Below the pieces are notes generated by a model. It saw only the letters and a list, made by a program, of their open reading frames with translations. It did no database searches and was not told where the DNA came from. 64,000 nt of DNA, taken from contig NC_042997.1 of the NCBI RefSeq assembly GCF_006345805.1, forward strand, positions 94,240,001 through 94,304,000. Direction: 5' to 3'. This stretch comes from Octopus sinensis. Its lineage: Eukaryota. The translations under genes were made by a program, and so were the position numbers. Positions 53,721 through 64,000 of this stretch are shown piece by piece (the stretch's first letter is position 1; each line of letters opens with the position of its first letter).

Positions 53721-54909
53721 GAAGGACTCACACATACACACACATGCAATCAATATAGAAGGAGAGATATGCACGTTTTGTTTCCTATCAGTTGTTTCCA
53801 GATGCTCTAGTATAGAGAATGCGAAGCACTTTTCTCTTTCTTTTCTAACCCTTTTGTGCATGTCAATACATTTCATAAAAAAATTGAATAGTAGAAGTAA
53901 AAATAGGCATACTTGCTGAAGTCGAACTCCTCGTTGAAAGATGTATCCGAACACAAACATCTGTGTATACGCACAGGGACTTCAGACAACCTGAAGCACG
54001 GAGATATTCAACCAGTACTGTGGGGTCTTATATCATCGTTCTCAGCATTATCATTCGGCTTTGCCCCGACGTAATAAGTCATCGGTAGATAATAACGCGA
54101 TGATGTCGGTTGATACCCTCGATCTTAACGTCACTAAGTCTGCATCGGTTATCACGTGTCGGTGATATTCCTGAACGTATTTTCCTGTGTCTGTGTATGT
54201 ATGAATGTATGTATGTATAGATGGATGGATGCATGTATGTTTGTATGTATACATGTAGACACAGATACACGCGCACACGCATACACATATATACTTACGC
54301 ACGCACGTGCATGTGTAGCATGTTACTCTACATGTATGTATATATGTATGTGTGTATGTATGTATGCATACATTTATGTATATATATGAATGAATGCATG
54401 CATGTATGTATGTAGACACAGATACACGCGCACATACATATACTCTTATGTTAAACCGTTGTATATCCAAATGCATGTTTTTCAATATTTATTTTTACTT
54501 ACAGTAGCCGGTTCTGTTGGTCAAACTATCGTATCCCAGCTGCTTCAGATGCCAAGATACCAAACATGTTCAAAGTGTAGTACAACCGGTTTTGCTATGG
54601 AATAATGAAACTATTTTTTTTGTTTTCTGAAAAAACAACGTTTTGGACTTACGACACTTTTACATAATAGCAACGATATATATCTACGCAAGCGCGTATA
54701 TGTGTAGCATGTTACTCTATAGACATTTGTGCATGTCCATACATGTACAAATGCACGTGAGTACATACGTGTCTCGGGGCATTTTTATTTCGACGAGCAT
54801 ACTATATGTATGTATTTTGTTTGCTTTTATATAGGTCTTAGTAACGTGTATGTCTATTTTAAAATTCACATATCTATATGATATACATTCATGTATATAC
54901 GTATATTAG

Positions 54910-55205
54910 TTCCTTCTCGAGCCATGCCTGGCTCATAAAGGCCGGTTTCCCGGTTTCCTTGGCGTATAGTTTCCTCACCTGGACGGGACGCTGGTCCGTC
55001 GCAGGTGAACTGCAAGATGCAGGAGGAAAGAGTGAGAGAAAGTTGTGGCGAAAGAGTCAGCAGAAGTTCGCCATTACCTTCTGCAGGAGCCGCGTGGAGC
55101 TTAGGTGTTTCGCTCATAAACACACACATCGCCCGGTCTGAGATCCGAACCCGCGATCCTTCGACCGAGAGTTCGCTGCTCTAACCACTAGGCCATGTAC
55201 CTCCA
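54910..55205 (-). mobile_element. tRNA-headed SINE, family C variant
   Basis: Reverse strand GTGGAGGTACATGGCCTAGTGGTTAGAGCAGCG...GGGTTCGGATCTC; tail GGAAACCGGGAAACCGGCC..ATGAGCC is shared with 57325-57400. Confidence 0.8.
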
Positions 55206-55575
55206 CATGTATATACGTATGATTTTATGCAATGCTTCTATGATATTTAATGTAATTTTAGCTATTGTAATTCCCTTCTTAATGATACGATTCTGGATCA
55301 TTGACCTACGCCCGGTTCATAGTTTACTTCGCATAATGATTCTGACAATAGATGAAGTCTTGTATTTCAGACAATTTCATATTAACCTTTTCATTTGTTT
55401 CACGCGCTTATTAGCTAATGAATGATGAGTTTTGATAGCTAATTAATTAATTAATAATTACTGACTGATGCCTGGTTAACAATAAAGCATTTATTCTCTT
55501 TCAATTTACCAGTGATAAATGTCACTGTATGCTTATGCAAGTAACTTTGTATGGGTATGTAAAAATACTCTCTTC

Positions 55576-55607
<32 letters not shown>

Positions 55608-56365
55608 GATGCACGCGCACGCACACACACATTTTCTTTTCATTCATACTAGTAACGTTAATATCATTGTACATAAAAGTGTAACAGTAGCTCTTTAGCT
55701 TATTCTATAAATAATTACAAAGTATTTTTTCGTACTAAATTCATTTAAAAATAGCTCTTACTTTTACTGGAATTAAACACAGGATCATAATAACTATGAA
55801 TTAACTTTTCGGATTCCTATCCGTTTGCATCTGCCGACCGCACGCATTTTGTCAACTTTGACACTAAACACAACTGTAACTTATATATTCCTTGTCTACT
55901 CTATTTAAATTCACCTCTAACGACTTTCCCCCTTTTAATTTCAATAATTTTCTACTCAATAATCCCGCTGAATTTTGTTCATAGAGTAGGCAGGGGTAAC
56001 CATCTTCAAGAAGCGAGTCACATAAAACATGGCTCATCCTCAGTCGGGCTGCACTAATAAGAAAATTGCAGGTAATATTTCATTAGAAGTGCCATTCAGA
56101 AAGTACCGCAGGCGGCAATTAGCCCATGGCTGCTCCAGGGGTGACTTATATGATATATATTTTACCTTCCCGATTAGGTTAGCAAATACTCATCCGTGAA
56201 CAAGTTAAATTTTATCGTGCTTTATTACAGAATAGAAATGAGTTCCTTTATTTTCTTATGCAGTTCCACCTGTTCTGTAATATCCCAATATATTACCACT
56301 CACGTACGCCCCCACACACATTATGTATGTATGTATGTATGTATGTATGTATGTATGTATGTATG

Positions 56366-56398
<33 letters not shown>

Positions 56399-57324
56399 GC
56401 GTGCATAATTAAAACAGTTTCATTAAAATGCTGAAGCAATAGTCGATTACAGCCACTCAAAATAAAATTAACTGTAAAACTGCTGTCACTTCGCCACTTC
56501 AGTGCTCTAAAAAGCCACTTGAAAACTGTTGTAAACCTATTTCAAGCACATTATCAATATATTTAAAGAATTATCCTGAATAGAATTGACCTTATTTAAA
56601 AACATGTTGAACAAAAATACGATTTAATGAGGACAATATTTGACAGGATCTTATCAGAATATTCGGTTTCACTTGTAGAATATATAATATCAGTATAATA
56701 CCTTCACATCATTTCAACACCACTTCCGTACATTCCAATAAAATCTAAATGACAACCTTCTCATTTGAGAATAACAGACCAACATTCATGAAAGGTGATC
56801 TGTAAAGAAATCTCAGATAATAGAATACTCGAGGCTATAATGATTATTAAACATTCGTCTCGATATCTTCTTTTCTCGTATACTTCAATTGATAACAAAG
56901 TTGAATAGTTTCAATGTTTGTGATCTACTTCGTGCACAGCTTTTGTAATATGATGCAAACAATTGTTTCACTTTTTTTTTCTTCATATGTTAAATACAAA
57001 CCTATCTTTATATGGAATTCGATATTTACTGCTTCTCGCTAATTCATGGTTCATACTTATTTGCTTTTTACTTAGATCCATGCATATAAAAGCCATCGAA
57101 GTGTCCATTCCATTACAAAGAAACAGATGAGGCAAATTAAATTTTGAAACGGTGATTGCTCCACTAGATTTCTGCCAGAGCTAAATTTTCTTACCATACA
57201 TGTATGTATGTATGAGTGTGTGATTGTATGTGTCTGTGTCTGTGCGTGAGTGTGTATGTGTGTGTGTTTATACACCCCACGCACGCGTTTATATATATAT
57301 GTATAAAATAAAAAATAAATGCGC

Positions 57325-57566
57325 CCTTTTAAAACCTAGCCAGGCTCATGGGCCAGGTTTCCCGGTTTCAATGGCGTATGTGTTCCCCAGCTGGACGGGA
57401 CGCCAGTCCATCGCATCGTTACTTATTTTAGCCAGGTGAGTGGATTGGAGCAACGTGAAATGAAGTGTTTTGCTCAAGAACAAAACACGTCACCCGGTCC
57501 AGGAATCGAAACTACAATCTTACGATCATGATGCTGACACCCTAGCCACTAAGCTACGCGCCTCCA
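57325..57566 (-). mobile_element. tRNA-headed SINE, family C
   Basis: Same head and body as 420-652. Confidence 0.82.
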
Positions 57567-58489
57567 CACACACACACACATATGTATACATATCTATATC
57601 TATATATGTGTGTGTGTATGTTTGTGTATGTGTGTTTGTGTGTGTGTGTGTGTGTGTACGACACGTATTTAGGGATCATTTAATTGATGGTAGCATATCG
57701 TATATCATCTTTAGCCAAAATTTTAAAGACATACAAAGATGTGAGACAACACCTTGATGATGACGAATCTAACCAGCATATTGGCTAAGTAAGTTTTTTA
57801 TACCCATACCGCACCTGGAAAATCCCCGAGTCGGATCTACGGTTTAAACTGAATTTGGTGCTTGCATATTTACAGTAACCTATCAATATATGGTCCCTAC
57901 ATGATTGTTTTACTTGACTGCGAATCCTTTGTTATTGTACTTAGCCTTTTCTGGTGTTCTACATACTGACGTGACTGGATTCTGATGAATCCTAGAACTA
58001 ATGTATGTATGCTTGTATGTATCTAACTCTCTCTCTTTCTTTCTCCTACTCTCTTTCACTCTCATTTAATTCATATGAATGTGGTTTGAGCTCAGCTGCA
58101 TCCTTTATAATATCTTTTCTGCAAGTTCTCTTTTGTTTTCAACACTACTGCTAGCCAAACACGTTCGCTATTCTGTTAGGATCATCCATATTATGTTCCC
58201 CCTTATCCGTGTAGTTGCTATTATTACCAGTCATATTATTACTATTAATAACACTGGTTCTTTTTTGTCTTGTAACTGGAATATTTCAACAAATTCTTAA
58301 TTTTGTCTGTTAAATTCAAAGATAACTTCAGTCTTTCTCTATCAGGTCTAGTTTTCTGACTAGGCCTGAAAGAATAAGTATTTTATTGATACAAGAGGCA
58401 TATAACATGAATCAATAAAGAGAGTGTAACACAAAGCAAAACAAAATACAAATAAAAATTCAAAATTGAAAATGCACATTCAAGGAATA

Positions 58490-59040
58490 TATTTACGCTT
58501 CTCTGTGCATCGTGAATGTTGAGCAACAGGAGTATCTCGTTTTAAATACCAGCAATAGTTTGCCCTCATCACAGCGTCTGAATTACCATCTACTTGATGT
58601 CCTGATGTAATTGTTCGCCTTGTTAATCGCCAACATCTCCGAGATTTTCAGGAAAATGATCTAAAAAGATAATGCATTTTGATGCTCATATTCGCGCCAA
58701 TATCACAAAAAGTTGATATCAAGTTGGTAACAAGATCTTTATAGTTTTCATTTTTGTGTTCCCCAAGGAAATTTTGCACTACTTCTGCAAAGGTCGCCCA
58801 AACTAATGTAACATTTTTGCTCATCATTTTCAAGAGCTTTCGGATCTGTGGTTCATCAAAATCCCTGCTTTAGGTTTTTTCAATCGTCAAGTCTGGAAAT
58901 ACACTGCAGATATACTTGAAGCACTCCACAATTTTGTCAAGAGCTTTGGAAGAATTGCTCGATCAATCTGAGTTTGATGTGCAATGGGGGGAAAATGATC
59001 TTATCTCGCACAACTAAGGGTTCTTCCAATATATTGGCAG
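58490..59040 (-). pseudogene. Decayed cut-and-paste transposase fragment, Chapaev3 (CMC)-like
   Basis: EEPLVVRDKIIFPPLHIKL..KALD..CFKYIC..FP..KAGI.D.PQIRKL..W..F..VV.NFLG.HK..NYKDLV..GANMSIKMH..DHFPENLG..QGE..HQDI, with several frameshifts. The superfamily assignment is from memory of these motifs. Confidence 0.75.
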
Positions 59041-59319
59041 CTCTACATGGAGCCATATTTGTGTCGAGTCTTTCTTAACAAGTGGTTTACTCGGTCTCTG
59101 CTGTTACACATGCAAAGAAAGCATGGGATTAACCAGATAGCTGTCGGACACCGGTTGAGGACAACTATTTTAGTATCAACTAATATCATTCTGTAAGCCG
59201 ACTTACGCACACACACACACACACACACATAAACATGCACACACACACAAGACGCGCAAACATATATACAGCACACGTGCATACACAAGTATATATATAT
59301 ATTATATATATATATATAT

Positions 59320-59351
<32 letters not shown>

Positions 59352-59449
59352 TACTTCGTATATATATATGTGTGTGTGTGCATACAATATATATGCATAT
59401 AAATAAATGTCTACATATGTATACATGTATATATATATATATACATATA

Positions 59450-59503
<54 letters not shown>

Positions 59504-59847
59504 CCTGATGAGAAGATTGCAATTTACACCGTTTATTCCTTTGGAATAAAACCAATGTAGTCTTCGAAACATATATCGAAAGTAAAAGAATTTTAATAAC
59601 ATCTTCGTTCAACTCCATTTATTTACTTATATATATATATATATATATTATAAAGCCGATGCACACACCTTCTATTTTTGTCACTGGCGGAAGGTTTCTG
59701 GTTCAGCTCCACTGTGCGGTTCCTGGGACAAGTATTATCGCTGTTATAGCCCATGCCAATTAATGCATTCTCAGTGAATTTAATAAACTGAAACTGTGCG
59801 GAAGGACGTCGCGTATGTCTCTGCCTTTCTATCGATATATGTATGCG

Positions 59848-59931
<84 letters not shown>

Positions 59932-61387
59932 ATATATGTGTGTATGTATATCTATATTTGTGCATATATATGCCTATATATTGTGCGTATGAAGATATGC
60001 TTATGTGTTTGAGACCGCTAATAATTTGATTTCTTACGCAGTGAGTCAAATAAAAGATATCATGGTTGAGCGAATAGTTCTGCTTAGAATTTACTATGCA
60101 CAGAAATTACTTTGTGGAATGCCTATAGATTGAAGTAAACATATATGGACAGATTTAGCTCAACGAGTGATTACATTCAATGTGTTGCACACTAAGCAGG
60201 CACACGCGAATGGTGAGAATATCTGAATTTATAAATATCAACAGTTCAAGGAATCATCCTTTCAAATACTTCCATTACATTAGTTGGAATATTGATACCT
60301 GACGCATTCAATATACAGTTTGTGTATGGCAAGATATGAACTGGGATCAAAATTCTGAAGAACTCTCGAAATGATTTTTTCTTATCTGTATCAGGTTGAA
60401 ATTTATTTTAAGCATATATTACGTTTCACAACGGCTGCTTTGAATTTAAGTGCTCTGTCATGCATTTGCCAGATTGGTTTAAAGTTTGCAGCTAAGTTTT
60501 CTCAAGAAAATGCACTGACAAAAACACAAGACTACCCGAGAAGAAAAATGTTAGTCAGTGAAGCAGTATCTAATTATTAGTCAAGAGTATATTGAGTTCT
60601 ATATTCGTTTGAGTTACTTGCACCTTGTACAACATACGATTATACATCTACTCCTCGTAGAGTAGGATTTCTGCTATACAACCGAAACTTCGAAGTATCC
60701 ATATAACTCAAAGATTATCTTGTGTGTGTTTCTGTATGTTTCTGTGTATAAATAAATAAATAAATAAATAAATAAATTTCTATGTATGTATGTATGTATG
60801 TATGTATGTATGTGCGTATGTTAAGTATGTCTGTATGCGTTTGAGTGTATGTATATATAAGCATACATACATAACTACACACTTTCATATGTATGTACAT
60901 CTGTGTATGTATGCACGTATGTATGCATGTATGTATGTATATATATCTCTCTCTCTGTACACACAGAGACACGGACACAAACACACAAACATACACACAC
61001 ATTTATTTATTTATGTATGCATGTATGTCTTCATACAAAGGCGCACTCAAATAAGGTCAAAAAAGGTTGTCTTTTTCTATGGTGACATTCACTGTTATTT
61101 CGAAATAGAAATGATAATTACCTTTGAAAATAGATTTTTATCTACCTCTGCCTGCTTACTTTCATAAATAATCGTCAACTCTAGGATTGATTGCAGGCGA
61201 TAATATTTGAATTTGTTGGAATGTTAGAAGTATGATCTCAGGAATAAATGGTTTGTTAGTTTTCTATCGACAATGATGGTGGCATCGCAACTCAGCAGTA
61301 TCTAATCATAGGACCTAGTAATTATGACACAGTATTAATCTTTGCTTTGGACAGTAGACAAAACTGTTTTTAATCTGTCTAGTATTT

Positions 61388-61820
61388 TAAGGTGGCGAGT
61401 TGGCAGGGTCGTTAGCACGCCGGGGAAAATGCTTGGCAGCATTTTCTCCGGTTTCACGTCGTGACTTCAAATTCCGCTGAGTTTGACTCTATCTTTAATC
61501 CTTTCGGTATCGATAAACTAAAAACCAGTTCAGAACTGGGGTCGATGTAATCGAATTACTCCTTCTCCGAACTTCTTAGCTTTATGCCAAAATGCGTAAC
61601 CAATATAGGGAATATTTAAGGCGGCGAGCCGGTAAATTCGTTAGCACGTGGGGGGGGGGGGGCAAATGCTCATCTGAAATCAGATTCTCTCGAAGTCGAC
61701 TTTGCCTTTTATCATTTCTTGGTCGATAAAATAAGTACCAGTTGAACACTGAGGCCTATATAATCAACTTACTTCATCCCTAGAAATTGCTGGCCATGTG
61801 TCAAAATTTGAAACCAATAT
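61388..61820 (+). mobile_element. Head-to-tail pair of family A SINEs
   Basis: TAAGGTGGCGAGTTGGCAG head at about 61388 and TAAGGCGGCGAGCCGG head at about 61617. Confidence 0.8.
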
Positions 61821-62344
61821 ATTGTGTACAGAAGTGTACCAATATGATGCAACCAGCACACCATTCTCATACGGTCTTGGTTTATAATCCACTAAAAGTC
61901 GATAATTTTAGTGGATCAGAATAGGCGGTAAACGCAACATATAACCAAAGAACTCTATTAGGCTGGACATTATTTACGGTTTTACTATAGATATGTTAAA
62001 CACCTATTTCACGCACATACATACATACGTATGTATATACATATATATGGGTGTGTATGTGTGTGTGACCGGGATTTTGTATGCATGTAGCTATGTTTCT
62101 CCTGTGTCAATGTTAAATGCCTTGCTTTACAGAGTTAAGTCAATATCTTGTGACACAGGCTCATATTAGAGCGAAATCCAAAGAAGGAAAAATCACAAAA
62201 GTAATTCTCCCTCAAGCAACGTGTAAGCCATTGAATTCCTTGAAATCACAGCTTTATCATGACCACCATTCCATTACAACAGTGATAATTCATATCTGCC
62301 TTTACATGTTCTAGGCTGAGAAAAAGTTGTATCCATGAGTGAGT

Positions 62345-62752
62345 ATCTTTTATCTTGTATTTGCTTCAGTCACCAGACTCTGGTCATGCTGGGGCACCGC
62401 CCTGAAGAATTTATGATCGAATGAGTCGACCCAGGTACTTATTTGTTTTTAAGTCTGGTACTATTCTGTCGGTTTCCTTTACCGAACCGCAAGTTTACGG
62501 TGACGTAAACAAATCAATACCGGTTGTCAAGCAGTAGTGAGGGACAATCACAAGCACAATGACACACACGCACAACACACACACACAGCCGACGGGCTTC
62601 TTTCAGTTTCCGTCCACCAAATCCATTCGTAAGGCTTTAGGAGGCGCGAGGCTATAGTAGAAGTCACTTAGTCAAGGTGTCACGCAGTGGAACTGAACCT
62701 AGAACCATGTGGCTGGGAAGCAGGTTTCTTACTACACACCCACGCCTGCGCC
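62345..62752 (-). mobile_element. SINE family B, full length
   Basis: Reverse complement AGGCGCAGGCGTGGGTGTGTAGTAAG..GGTTCAGTTCCACTGCGTG..GGAAACTGAAAGAAGCCCGTCG..GGCGGTGCCCCAGCATG. Confidence 0.85.
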
Positions 62753-63808
62753 TGGTATCGTTAGAATTCTTAACACTCTAGCACAAAAACAAAAAGTATT
62801 CCTGCAAATAAGTTTTAGGTTTTGTAAGTAGTATACAATTTCTTGCTCGCATGGTCGATGCCACGTCATCATAGACATCCAAAGAACACTTAGAACAGGG
62901 TGTTTTAAATAAGAGTAACACTTGATTACCACATATACACACAATATGGCTGCAACGCTAATGAATGAATCGACGAACCGTTTTATTACAAAGACGGCGA
63001 ATCTCTGTCGATGCATGAACTAAGTTTGTTTCTTCGACAAAGCAGTGTGTTTTTATGTACATGTAGTAAATTTAATTTGAAAATGAAGCGAAACTTGTCA
63101 CAAGCCAAAAAACCATCGCGATTTGAGACAGATTCAATCAATCTGTAGTAAAAGTGAAAAATCAATAAGGATACGATCTGAAAGAAAAATGAAATCACTA
63201 GCGTTGCCAATTAAATATCAGGCGGATTAAAACGAAATTTTTATGATGGAAAATAACACTATGACGGATTTTGATATATATACAATTTTGAAGAATGCTG
63301 GGAAATTGTTGTTATTCTATGGGTATTTCTTTTGGCCCGTGAAACATGGAAATGAGCTCCTCTTCAAGTTTTTTTTATGGATAGCTTCCGTGGTGTAGAA
63401 CTATCGGAACTGACTGAGGTGTCCTTAGAGTAGTAGTAAGATGGAAAGCGTGGATATAGCGCTATTAAACAACACAAGGAAAAACGGGAAAAGACGTAGA
63501 CACAGTAGTTTAGAACTAACTTTTTTTTTTATTCAAGTATATTAGTATTAAACAGTTAAAGATCTGAGAGATCTTGTGTGTAGAGAAAAAAACTACGCGT
63601 GCATTTAAATTCTTCGATGTAATAAACATGAATTTAGCTTCCTGTACAAACAGATCCAGTGGATAATAATAAAAAAAACGACACTTTCTTCTATAGTTTC
63701 GCCTGGTCATCAGGGGTCATTCATGGTCAGTAGTGACTCATCACAAATGTTTACGTCTTTTGGTTTACAGAAAGTGATCGAGGGTGGGTGGTGTATAGAA
63801 AAGGATGG

Positions 63809-63812
<4 letters not shown>

Positions 63813-63876
<64 letters not shown>
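63813..63876. repeat. (AG)n microsatellite
   Basis: Visible repeat. Confidence 0.95.
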
Positions 63877-63878
<2 letters not shown>

Positions 63879-64000
63879 ACTTAAAACTACTGCTAAAAAT
63901 GCGATGTGTAATTCGTACTGCTTCCACTCGTTGGCATACCAGCAAATTTATCGTATTTCTAATCTACTGTAACTATGTTAAACAAACAAAATGAACACCT

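Noticed and set aside
56000-56060. Minus-strand CTGAGGA-T-GAGCCA..TGACTC
   Set aside because: The GAAA half of the hammerhead core is missing.

Overview
Eukaryotic, AT-rich, microsatellite-saturated DNA with no confidently identifiable host gene. The SINE and microsatellite make-up resembles octopod cephalopod genomes (inference). Nearly all long ORFs in the track are microsatellite artefacts or retroelement remnants. Supported content: (1) a near full-length but mutated Tx1/L1-clade LINE (13472-19140, +) and two partial copies (40898-41683, 51818-52656), all three abutting (TCTA)n at their 5' junctions; (2) a 5'-truncated Neptune-type Penelope-like element (PLE; 5654-7670, -) sitting in (TA)n, a solo copy of its terminus, a second PLE lineage (10.7-12.1 kb) and smaller GIY-YIG relics; (3) four hand-folded minimal type I hammerhead-ribozyme-like motifs in three unrelated repeat families; (4) a head-to-tail array of four non-autonomous Helitron-like units (34499-36555) beside a 540-bp near-perfect palindrome; (5) three tRNA-headed SINE families, one of which shares a 44-nt 3' tail (37/44 identical) with the Tx1 LINE; (6) relics of R4/Dong-like, CR1-like and RTE-like LINEs and of a Chapaev3-like transposase. 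A few small candidate exons are noted at low confidence. All alignments and folds were done by eye and need computational confirmation.
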